A stretch of 10,784 nucleotides of DNA from Candidatus Caldarchaeales archaeon (GCA_039630055.1 JBCNVN010000016.1:1-10784); one strand, 5' to 3'; positions 1 through 7,435 are shown, numbered from the stretch's first letter. Notes: generated by a model from the letters alone, not told the origin. Numbers and translations: made by a program.

Positions 1-1
1 A

Positions 2-559
2 GCTCGTGGAGATGTAAGACCTAAAAGCGATATAGATGTCTTTATCCAGTATCCTGTAAGCTCAACGATACTACAAGTATACCTCGAGGAGGAGGGATTC
101 AAGATTTATAGGAAGGTCTTGGTACAGGCTACCCCAAGCTATGTCCCGAAAGCATACATCTATCTAGATGAGGAAGGTCTAACATCGGTGAGTTTTCCAC
201 TAGCTAAGATGAGAAGGGATGAGCTTGAGTTCTACAAGCTTGCTGGACAGCTTGACCATGCTAGACTCATGGAAGACATTAGAGTTCCAGGAATAAACAA
301 AGACCTATTCCTGATAATTCCAGTAGAAGACGGCCACATAGAGATGCCTGTAAGAATGAATATAGAAGCATCCGCTAAGATTATAGGAGTAGATCCTCAA
401 ACAGTTAGAAATAGGATAAGAGTTTTAGAGAGGAGAAGAGAGCATGGAAGGACAGGGGTATATAGAGAAGTAGAACTGTCTAGAGAAGAAAGCTTTGAAA
501 ATGTTCTAAGCTATCTTGAAGCTAGAGACCCAGCCCTTCGAAGAAGACTTCGAATATAA
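2..559 (+). CDS. Nucleotidyltransferase-domain protein (DNA polymerase beta superfamily, COG2413-like), 5'-truncated by the window edge
   Basis: The frame is open from position 2, upstream of the ORF-track start at 119, and reads ARGDVRPKSDIDVFI, the (GS)xARGD...SDxD nucleotidyltransferase motif. VQATP and RRREHGRTGVY are typical of the archaeal family. Stop TAA at 557-559. Confidence 0.8.
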   Translation, partial: ARGDVRPKSDIDVFIQYPVSSTILQVYLEEEGFKIYRKVLVQATPSYVPKAYIYLDEEGLTSVSFPLAKMRRDELEFYKLAGQLDHARLMEDIRVPGINKDLFLIIPVEDGHIEMPVRMNIEASAKIIGVDPQTVRNRIRVLERRREHGRTGVYREVELSREESFENVLSYLEARDPALRRRLRI

Positions 560-725
560 TACATGCTCTCCAACATCAATGATATGGAAAGGATTGGAGA
601 CTTGTAAATCGGTCTAGCCTAATAGATCTTTCACCGTATCTTAATCTTTCTAAAATTGGAGAGAATCGGTTTTAATAAAGGTAGATATAGTATTAACTGG
701 AGAATATTAAGGTAGGTGTTAGATT

Positions 726-1100
726 ATGGTTGAAAAGAGTGGAGAAGACTACATGAAGAGGATGGCCGATGCGTTGAGGAGCGGGGCCAAGATGCTCTCA
801 GAGACATGCCCAATATGTGGAAGCCCAATCTTCGAGATAAAAGGAGAGCTATGGTGCTTGAAATGTAATAAGAGGGTGGTAAAGGTTAGGTCAGATGAAG
901 AAGTGGCCACAGCTATATCGGTTTATGGTCTAAAGAATACCGTTAATGTTCTGGCCATAAAGATAGAGGAATTGACGACCCTATTATCTAGAGCGGTCGA
1001 TGTAGATGAGATTAGAAAGATCTCTGAGGCCTTGGATACTATCTTAAAAACCCTTGAGCAAACTTTAAAAGTCCAGAATCTTCTCAGACATGAGGGTTAA
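726..1100 (+). CDS. UPF0148 / Sjogren's syndrome-scleroderma autoantigen 1 (Auto_anti-p27) family Zn-ribbon protein
   Basis: KRMADALRSGAKMLSETCPICGSPIFE...WCLKC carries two CxxC pairs and the family signature, followed by a helical C-terminus. SD-like AGGTG at 714-718 precedes ATG 726. Confidence 0.85.
   Translation: MVEKSGEDYMKRMADALRSGAKMLSETCPICGSPIFEIKGELWCLKCNKRVVKVRSDEEVATAISVYGLKNTVNVLAIKIEELTTLLSRAVDVDEIRKISEALDTILKTLEQTLKVQNLLRHEG
903..917 (+). repeat. Copy 1 of origin-associated motif (GTGGCCACAGCTATA)
   Basis: 14/15 identical to 1230-1244. Lies inside the UPF0148 CDS. Confidence 0.45.
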
Positions 1101-1159
1101 AGTGAAAAACTCAACTCAAACCTTAGATACTTTTAATACTTTAATATTCTCTTAGAAAA

Positions 1160-1184
1160 TACATCTACTATACATTTACTATAC
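1160..1184 (+). repeat. Short tandem repeat, 11-bp unit TACATYTACTA (about 2.3 copies)
   Basis: TACATCTACTA (1160-1170), TACATTTACTA (1171-1181), TAC. Confidence 0.5.
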
Positions 1185-1229
1185 CCTCAACAATATGTGA
1201 AATAGAAGGTTTCAGATGAGACCATGTCT

Positions 1230-1246
1230 GTGGCCACAACTATAAT
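1230..1246 (+). repeat. Copy 2 of origin-associated motif (GTGGCCACAACTATAAT)
   Basis: 1232-1246 is the exact reverse complement of 3178-3192. Overlaps the perfect palindrome TGTGGCCACA (1229-1238). Confidence 0.65.
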
Positions 1247-1408
1247 CATTTTCTAGGTAAGATTGTTTACTTTTAGATATTGAATTCCCAAATTATAGTA
1301 TTTTCCACGGCTCCATGAGAAGCATACATGGAATAGGGTCTCAAAAAATCATAATCGAACCATGGCTTTCACATCTCTTCTATCGTCTAAGAGAGAGATC
1401 AGCTTCTT

Positions 1409-1429
1409 CTCCAGTGGAAAGAGAGGGGT
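1409..1429 (+). promoter_or_regulatory. ORB1, origin recognition box (Orc1/Cdc6 binding site)
   Basis: CTCCAGTGGAAAGAGAGGGGT matches the canonical TCCAGTGGAAA core plus G-string. Confidence 0.92.
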
Positions 1430-1576
1430 TAAAACCATTTCTTGTGAAGAGCTTCAATCTACAGAGTTTTAGACCTAAAAGTCTTTTCTAGAGCTTGTTC
1501 AACCCACATCTACATTTACAGTTAACAATTTGTGAAAAGTTTACGGCTAGAGTAGAAGTCTATAGAGTCCCCTCAC
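1430..1576. other. Putative duplex-unwinding element between the inverted ORBs
   Basis: Flanked by ORB1 (+) and ORB2 (-) with G-strings pointing inward. About 34% GC by hand count over 1430-1568, most AT-rich at about 1511-1543. Confidence 0.65.
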
Positions 1577-1597
1577 ACCCCACTATTTCTACTGGAA
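1577..1597 (-). promoter_or_regulatory. ORB2, origin recognition box, inverted relative to ORB1
   Basis: The minus strand reads TTCCAGTAGAAATAGTGGGGT, then a second G-run (GTGAGGGG) reaching 1569. Confidence 0.88.
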
Positions 1598-1765
1598 GAC
1601 ACTCAACCAGAAGTAGACCTTTCTAACCAAGATCTTAAACAAGTTTAGAGTAAGAGATACATTTTTCTAGTGAGTCAATTTCAAAAACCTTTCTTTACAC
1701 ATCCTAAAGGGGCTTCATCTATGGAGAAACATAAAAAAGATATCATTAGAAGAGAAGGGCTTCAT

Positions 1766-1786
1766 CTCCAATTGAAAAAGAGGGGT
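1766..1786 (+). promoter_or_regulatory. ORB3, origin recognition box overlapping the probable cdc6 start
   Basis: CTCCAATTGAAAAAGAGGGGT is 18/21 identical to ORB1, and 24/28 including the 5' flank (1759-1786 vs 1402-1429). Confidence 0.78.
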
Positions 1787-3043
1787 GTAGAAGATCCCCT
1801 TCAAGAAGTTATTGAGAGAGCTCTACAGAGGCCTAGAATATTTAAAGATAGGAATGTAATGCGTTCAGATTATGTTCCAGAAAGCTTACCTCATAGGTCT
1901 GAACATATCCGAAAGCTTGGAGAGATCTTATCTCCCTCTCTCAAACTCTCTAGAGCTAGCAACGTCTTTATATATGGCAAGACTGGAACTGGAAAGACCG
2001 CTGTCGTAAAATATGTTTTCAATAGGTTTAAAGAGCTAGCTGAATTACAAGGTCTTCCACTCCATTTCTCATATATAAACTGCCGTATATCTGGTACAGA
2101 GTATAGAGTATTAGCCGAGCTCTGTGATACTATAGGGGTTAAAGTACCTTTTACCGGTCTCTCTAAAGCAGAGGTCTTCAATAGGTTTAGAAGTGCACTG
2201 AAAGATAAAGGCATAATCCTCGTGGCCTGTCTAGACGAGATAGATGTACTCGTAAAGAATTATGGAGACAATCTTTTGTATGAGTTGACGAGGGTGAATG
2301 AGAACTTCGATGGAGGAGGATTAAACATCGTCGGAGTATCGAATGATCTACATTTTAAAGAGCTTCTCGACCCAAGGGTCTTAAGCAGTCTAAGCGAAGA
2401 AGAACTAGTCTTCCATCCATACACAGCATTGGAACTCGTAGATATACTACTTGAAAGAGCGGCCATGGCCTTCTATCCTCAAGCAGTCCCAGAAGAAGTG
2501 ATAAAACTATGTGCCGCTATCGCTGCCCAGGAGCATGGTGATGCTAGGAGGGCCATAGACTTACTTAGAGTCGCCGCTGAGATATGTGAGAGAAGTGGTG
2601 AGGGTATCGTAGAGGAAAAACATGTAAGATTGGCTCAGAATATGATCGAGAAGGGAAGAGTCTTTGAAGCATTATCTACACTCCCTCTACATAGCAAGCT
2701 CATCCTAACATCACTATACTTGCTGGCAAAGAACGATATACTAAATTCTTTTTCAGGTCTAGTCTATGAAGTATATAGGGAGATCTGCCTCCAGTTGGGT
2801 GTTGAAGCTCTAAGCAGTAGGAGGGTCAGCATGCTCATCTCAGAGCTAGATATGCTTGGAGTACTCACTAGTGAGATCGTCAATATGGGTAGACATGGTA
2901 GAACTAGAAGAATAACCCTTACAACATCTATCGATGAAGTAGAAGAGGTAATTAGGAGCGATGACCTGCTCAGCACGCTCCTCGACTACAAGATCGACCT
3001 ATCTAGAATAAGTTCAAACAGGAAAATCTATGAGAAAACATGA
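1772..3043 (+). CDS. cdc6: ORC1-type DNA replication initiator Orc1/Cdc6 (AAA+ ATPase plus winged helix)
   Basis: IFKDRNVMRSDYVPESLPHR N-terminus, Walker A GKTGTGKT, YINC, Walker B LDEID, GDARRAIDLLR, and winged-helix RRVSMLISELDMLG...GRHGRTR. The start is uncertain: in-frame TTG 1772 is preferred because family-like sequence begins right after it. ATG 1721 and GTG 1670 are alternatives. Confidence 0.97.
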   Translation: MKKRGVEDPLQEVIERALQRPRIFKDRNVMRSDYVPESLPHRSEHIRKLGEILSPSLKLSRASNVFIYGKTGTGKTAVVKYVFNRFKELAELQGLPLHFSYINCRISGTEYRVLAELCDTIGVKVPFTGLSKAEVFNRFRSALKDKGIILVACLDEIDVLVKNYGDNLLYELTRVNENFDGGGLNIVGVSNDLHFKELLDPRVLSSLSEEELVFHPYTALELVDILLERAAMAFYPQAVPEEVIKLCAAIAAQEHGDARRAIDLLRVAAEICERSGEGIVEEKHVRLAQNMIEKGRVFEALSTLPLHSKLILTSLYLLAKNDILNSFSGLVYEVYREICLQLGVEALSSRRVSMLISELDMLGVLTSEIVNMGRHGRTRRITLTTSIDEVEEVIRSDDLLSTLLDYKIDLSRISSNRKIYEKT

Positions 3044-3177
3044 TAATAGATATCTATTCTGAGATCTATAGATGAAGCCACAAGAACGATCACATCTTTA
3101 AATATTGTAAAAATCTTAACTTAACCTGAAGATAGATCTAGGTTCACCTCTACTATAGACCTATCGAAACATGTAAA

Positions 3178-3192
3178 ATTATAGTTGTGGCC
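3178..3192 (-). repeat. Copy 3 of origin-associated motif (GGCCACAACTATAAT on the minus strand)
   Basis: Exact 15-bp inverted copy of 1232-1246, located in the cdc6-DP1 intergenic. Confidence 0.65.
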
Positions 3193-3343
3193 CGGTAAAT
3201 CTCCTCTTAAAATCTATCATACCCTACTGAAATCTAACTAATCCCCCCTAAGACTCGATCTACAATCATTCTTGATATCATGATGATGTATAGATTATAT
3301 AAAACAGTAAGCAGGTAGAACTATCGATAATATGATGGATGTA

Positions 3344-3357
3344 GAAAGCTTAAATAA
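3344..3357 (+). promoter_or_regulatory. BRE plus TATA box for DP1
   Basis: GAAAGC-TTAAATAA about 30 bp upstream of ATG 3384, consistent with a near-leaderless transcript. Confidence 0.55.
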
Positions 3358-3383
3358 TATTGTAACAAGTCTCCAGCCGATGA

Positions 3384-4889
3384 ATGGATAAAGTTGTTAA
3401 TTCTAAGTCTGAGAATCTTAGAAGGAGGCTAATAGAAGAATCATTAAAGAATCAGTACAATCTTACTCCTGAGGCCATATCTACTCTAGAGATTATGGAG
3501 GATCCCATCGAAGCCTTAAAGAAGACGATCAAATATCTGAGTACATCTAGACCAGAAGTGATAGTTATAAGTAGAGAACATATAAGAGAAGCATGCCTAC
3601 ATAGTATAGATACTGGTCAGAAAGCCTCCGATACAGTATTCGAGAAGTCTCTCAATATGGAGTGGACCCCAAGCATAGAGATAGATGAAAGATATCTAAA
3701 TCACTATGAGATAGAAGGTAGTATTGTAGAGTTTCAAAACTATTTTAAGAGTAGATACATGAAGCTAAAGAGTATTCTTGAAGATAGAGGAGAATCATTT
3801 ACGAAGATAAAGGATGCTTTGAGAAGTCCTAAAGGTACTGAATCGACACTTGCAGTTATGCTACTGGAGAAGAAGGAGACGGAACGTTCTATAGTACTAG
3901 AAGTAGAAGATGATACATCTAATATTAGGATAGTTGTCCCCAAGAAAGATAACGACTTGGTGAAGAAGACTGAGAGACTTCTACTAGACCAGGTCTTCGG
4001 GGTTAGAGCAGTGAAGATCAACAACTCCATAATTGCGAGAGATATCTTTCAACCAGACATCCCTATGAGACCTAGAAAAATAGATAGAGTTTCTCAAGAT
4101 GTCTACATCGTTCTGATATCAGACCTTCACATAGGAAGCAAAAAGTTTAGAGAAGATCTATGGGAGAGCTTCTTAGACTGGCTTAACAACTCTAGAGATC
4201 CAGAGGTGAAGAAGATTAGATACTTGGTTATAGGAGGAGATATGGTTGATGGGGTTGGAATATTTCCAAATCAAGATAAAGAACTTGAATATACCTCTAT
4301 AGTACAACAGATCGAGGAATCAAGCAAACTATTGTCAGAGATACCAGAATCTATCAAGATAATAATATCTGTTGGAAATCATGACCCAGTTGAGAAGGCT
4401 ATCCCACAACCTCCACTTCAATCCAAGTATAGGGAAATTCTTGGAAAGAGTAGAGAATACATATTTGTTGGAAATCCAGCTTTAATCAAAGTCGAAGATA
4501 GAAGTCTATTGATATATCATGGACAGAGCATGGATGACATCATACAGCATCTTCCCAATGTTTCATACTCTACTCTAGATAGAGAGATCAAAAACGTACT
4601 CGAGATGATGATTCAATGTAGACATCTCGCACCTATTTATGGAGAGAGTACGCCGATTCTTCCAACACCTGAAGATCTATTGGTTATCGAGGATATACCA
4701 GATATTCTACATACAGGCCATGTCCACGTCGCCTATGTTGGAAGCTATCGTGAAGTAGTCTTGGTTAATAGTGGCACTTGGCAGGAGCAGACAAGCTATC
4801 AGAGAGAGCTGGGGCTTGAGCCGACTGTAGGGACATCGGTCATAGTAAATCTTAAAACCCTAACAGCTAAACTCAAGAAGTTTACATAA
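3384..4889 (+). CDS. polB: DNA polymerase II (PolD) small subunit DP1, 3'-5' proofreading exonuclease
   Basis: OB-fold region plus calcineurin-like phosphoesterase motifs SDLHIGS, GDMVDGVGIFPNQ, GNHD, YHG, HLAPIYG, HTGHVH and NSGTWQ. Confidence 0.96.
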   Translation: MDKVVNSKSENLRRRLIEESLKNQYNLTPEAISTLEIMEDPIEALKKTIKYLSTSRPEVIVISREHIREACLHSIDTGQKASDTVFEKSLNMEWTPSIEIDERYLNHYEIEGSIVEFQNYFKSRYMKLKSILEDRGESFTKIKDALRSPKGTESTLAVMLLEKKETERSIVLEVEDDTSNIRIVVPKKDNDLVKKTERLLLDQVFGVRAVKINNSIIARDIFQPDIPMRPRKIDRVSQDVYIVLISDLHIGSKKFREDLWESFLDWLNNSRDPEVKKIRYLVIGGDMVDGVGIFPNQDKELEYTSIVQQIEESSKLLSEIPESIKIIISVGNHDPVEKAIPQPPLQSKYREILGKSREYIFVGNPALIKVEDRSLLIYHGQSMDDIIQHLPNVSYSTLDREIKNVLEMMIQCRHLAPIYGESTPILPTPEDLLVIEDIPDILHTGHVHVAYVGSYREVVLVNSGTWQEQTSYQRELGLEPTVGTSVIVNLKTLTAKLKKFT

Positions 4890-4915
4890 TTTCCACGTTA
4901 ACATAATTAGGATAT

Positions 4916-6949
4916 TCATCTCTTAAATAGTATCTCTACATGTCTCGTCTCCGGTTTTATCTTTCTGAACGGTATCCCTTCACCTTGATAGAATTTTGTA
5001 AAGAACTCGTATAGATGGAGCCTGAGAGCTTGGATAAAGACCATCAATCCTTCAAGGGCCATTATCCCCAGGTTTCCAATTACAAGTATCGGTAGACTAT
5101 TCCATCCAAGCATACTCCATGAAGCATTAAGAAGCATTAGGAGAGCTGTATGGACGAGTAAGAGTACGGTAAGCCTAACATAGCTGAGAGTATTAGACAT
5201 GAAATGTATGATGTTCTCCAGGAGCTCGAGTAATCCTCCACCCATTAATGGAATAAACTCTTCTCTCTTCTTCTTGACGAAACCCTCGATTATAGGTCTA
5301 CCCAAGACCAGTATAGAGATGCTTAAAGCTGCTCCACCTATGACTATCGGTGCCAATACTCTAGTTGGAACCCCGATATATGGCACCAGGTTATCAGAGG
5401 ATAGTATGCTTCCCAAGTCTCCTCCAGCTCCAAAAAAGCAGAATGCGAATAGTATGCCGAATATGTACATGGTGATAGTTGGAAGCTTTGCTGCAAAGGC
5501 TTCTACGTATTCTCTATGTTTCAGAGTCTTCCTGAAGCTTAATATGTAGCCTATCGTCAAATGTATAGTCCCTAGAAATAGTGTAAACTGTATAAGCTTG
5601 AGTACATCATCCATGTTGAATCTTGTTGCTCCATCATGCTTCTCAACCAAATGTATTAATTCAGGTTTAGGAAATGGGAAATGGACTTTAAACCCGAAAG
5701 CCTCACCTATTATAAATCCGCCGATAGCTGAGGAAACGCCTAGAATCGTTAAAAGCTTGGCCCACTCTCTAAGATTTCCCTCAACCCTCTTAAACATGAA
5801 GAGTCCAAACAATGCTAGTATGAGACCTTGACCTAGATCTGCAAACATTATACCATAGAAGATCGAGAAGAATAATGCTACATAGGGTGTAGGGTCTATC
5901 TCATCACTTCTAGGAAACCCTTGTATAGAAGTAATATTCTCAAAACTTTTAATGATTCCCTTGTTGTTAAGTAGGGTTGGAGCCTCATGTCCTCCTCCAC
6001 CTATCTCTTCAAAGAAAACCCCATATCTTCCTCCAAACTCTGACCTAAACTTCTCGACGAGATCTTTTGGAACATACCCATTTATAATCCTAAACCTCTT
6101 CAACCCTCCACTACCTCCAAGCTTATGGAGTACATCCTCAGCAACCTGGACACCTTCTCTAAGGGCCACAATCTTATCTCCAAGCTGACTCCTAATCTTC
6201 ATAATATTTCCCTCAGCCCTCCCCAACTCTTCCTCTACCTCCTCCCTTCTCGCTACCAATACATTGTATGCTTCATTGATACTCTGTGGTAGATCTGATG
6301 GTATTGTGAAGGGCTTAACCCCGAACCCTCTAAGAACTCTATCAACCCTCTCTTCATCTTCTCTTAACGATATTATTAGGAGAGCTGTAAGATTCTTCTC
6401 TAACGGAACATCTATTATAGAAGATGTAGGTATGCTTCTCTTGATCTCCTCGATGCTTCTCCTCTCGACTACCGTGAAGACTGCGTAGAACCTCTTCAAC
6501 CTTCTAAGCTTTTCAGGATCTATATCAAAGTCTCTCAACAATCTTAAGCTTGAGATAAGGGTCTCAACCTGTTTAAGTTCTTCTCTTAGCCTTCTAGCCT
6601 TCTCTAGAGATTCTCTGGCCTCTTGTATAATCGGCTGAGCCTCCCGCTCTATCTTCATGATCAACTCTTCAACCTCATTTATCTCAAGCTTCTCTTTACG
6701 GATACGGTATCCTCTTATCAACTGGTTTATTATCCCATCCTCTACAGATATATTGAGTGAAGATATCAAAGCGTCAAGCTCTGTGCCAAGCTTCTTCAAG
6801 ACATCATAGGATCTCCTGATCTTCTCGTCTAGTCCATAATCTTTCTCCTCTACGTGGAACCACTCAAAACTGTATAGCTCCTTGATAACCTCGGTAAGCC
6901 TATGCTCTGGAACTATCAGAGTAACTCTTAAAAGGTCTCTCAGCCCCAA
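4916..6949 (-). CDS. atpI: A/V-type ATP synthase subunit I (a)
   Basis: Coiled soluble N-terminal domain followed by a membrane domain with EIDPTP, YGIMFADLGQG, SNTLSYVRL (essential Arg) and QALRLHLYEFFTKFYQGEG. TTG start with a GGGGGA SD-like site upstream. Confidence 0.96.
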   Translation of the reverse strand: MGLRDLLRVTLIVPEHRLTEVIKELYSFEWFHVEEKDYGLDEKIRRSYDVLKKLGTELDALISSLNISVEDGIINQLIRGYRIRKEKLEINEVEELIMKIEREAQPIIQEARESLEKARRLREELKQVETLISSLRLLRDFDIDPEKLRRLKRFYAVFTVVERRSIEEIKRSIPTSSIIDVPLEKNLTALLIISLREDEERVDRVLRGFGVKPFTIPSDLPQSINEAYNVLVARREEVEEELGRAEGNIMKIRSQLGDKIVALREGVQVAEDVLHKLGGSGGLKRFRIINGYVPKDLVEKFRSEFGGRYGVFFEEIGGGGHEAPTLLNNKGIIKSFENITSIQGFPRSDEIDPTPYVALFFSIFYGIMFADLGQGLILALFGLFMFKRVEGNLREWAKLLTILGVSSAIGGFIIGEAFGFKVHFPFPKPELIHLVEKHDGATRFNMDDVLKLIQFTLFLGTIHLTIGYILSFRKTLKHREYVEAFAAKLPTITMYIFGILFAFCFFGAGGDLGSILSSDNLVPYIGVPTRVLAPIVIGGAALSISILVLGRPIIEGFVKKKREEFIPLMGGGLLELLENIIHFMSNTLSYVRLTVLLLVHTALLMLLNASWSMLGWNSLPILVIGNLGIMALEGLMVFIQALRLHLYEFFTKFYQGEGIPFRKIKPETRHVEILFKR

Positions 6950-6965
6950 TAAGTATCCCCCACAT

Positions 6966-7019
6966 TACATTCTATACCTAAAATTAGAATGTAGGCTCAT
7001 ATAAATATCAAGTATGAGC
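6966..7019. promoter_or_regulatory. atpI promoter region (minus-strand TATA TTTATATG at 6998-7005) overlapped by two adjacent inverted repeats
   Basis: TACATTCTA-N10-TAGAATGTA (6966-6993) and GCTCATA-N11-TATGAGC (6995-7019). Confidence 0.5.
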
Positions 7020-7138
7020 TTATAGGTGTATCTTAGGTAACTTCTCCTCATCCACCCTAACCTTTATCTAGAACACAAGACTAACCATATCTTATAATTA
7101 CAAATTTATTTCCTAGCCTCTCTCTTACTATATCAGGC

Positions 7139-7435
7139 TTGAAGGTTATAGCGATAGGCTCTAAGCCATTTGTATCAGGCTTCAAGCTTTCAGGGGTTAC
7201 AGGGATAGAGGTGAGCTCACCTGGAGAACTATTTCAAGAACTTGAAAGATTCATCAATAGGGAAGACATTGCTCTAATAATACTAGATGAAGATCTCTCG
7301 AAGCATGTTAAAGATAGAGTGAATAAGATTAGGATTGAGCGTGCCGTGCCACTTATCTACGAGCTTTCAGGGATAAGAACCGAGAAAGAGAAGATAGACT
7401 ATAGAAGTACTTTGAGAAAGATATTAGGCGTCTAG
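7139..7435 (+). CDS. atpF: A/V-type ATP synthase subunit F
   Basis: 98 aa. KVIAIG...VSGFKLSGV, EDIALIILDE, PLIYE and LRKILGV are typical of subunit F. TTG start. Confidence 0.92.
   Translation: MKVIAIGSKPFVSGFKLSGVTGIEVSSPGELFQELERFINREDIALIILDEDLSKHVKDRVNKIRIERAVPLIYELSGIRTEKEKIDYRSTLRKILGV

Larger units (their letters stand above)
1101..1786. other. Chromosomal replication origin (oriC) upstream of orc1/cdc6
   Basis: About 670 bp without a credible ORF, directly upstream of cdc6. Contains three ORB elements with G-strings, two of them inverted around an AT-leaning spacer. Confidence 0.9.

Noticed and set aside
1209-1222. Mini-ORB-like GTTTCAGATGAGAC
   Set aside because: Only a partial match with no G-string, too weak to call without a weight-matrix scan.
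1101-1669. CRISPR array, tRNA or small gene in the long intergenic
   Set aside because: There are no regularly spaced repeats, no cloverleaf or T-loop signature and no credible ORF. The origin explains the region.
1670-1771. N-terminal extension of Cdc6 in the ORF track (start 1670)
   Set aside because: It does not resemble Cdc6 N-termini and overlaps likely promoter and ORB sequence. ATG 1721 cannot be fully excluded.
3040-3092. Possible C/D-box sRNA (ATGATAA-12 nt-CTGA...AGATGA)
   Set aside because: The C box is degenerate, there is no terminal CTGA D box, and the putative guide is a self-palindrome with no rRNA target I can recognise.
1232-3192. The 15-bp inverted pair as terminal inverted repeats of a mobile oriC-cdc6 cassette
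   Set aside because: There is no flanking target-site duplication, no transposase or integrase, and a third copy lies outside the pair.
3222-3250. ORB downstream of cdc6 (minus-strand TTTCAGTAGG and a G6 run at 3243-3248)
   Set aside because: The G-run is on the wrong side of the core and the GAAA half is missing.
3370-3384. TCTCCAG ORB half-site at the DP1 start
   Set aside because: Only the 5' half matches, which is expected by chance.
1891-4030. Antisense ORFs 1891-2214, 2260-2466, 2764-2976 and 3740-4030
   Set aside because: They lie wholly opposite cdc6 or DP1, are Ser/Leu-rich shadow frames and have no motifs.
5199-6488. Plus-strand ORFs within atpI
   Set aside because: They are shadow frames of a well-supported minus-strand gene.
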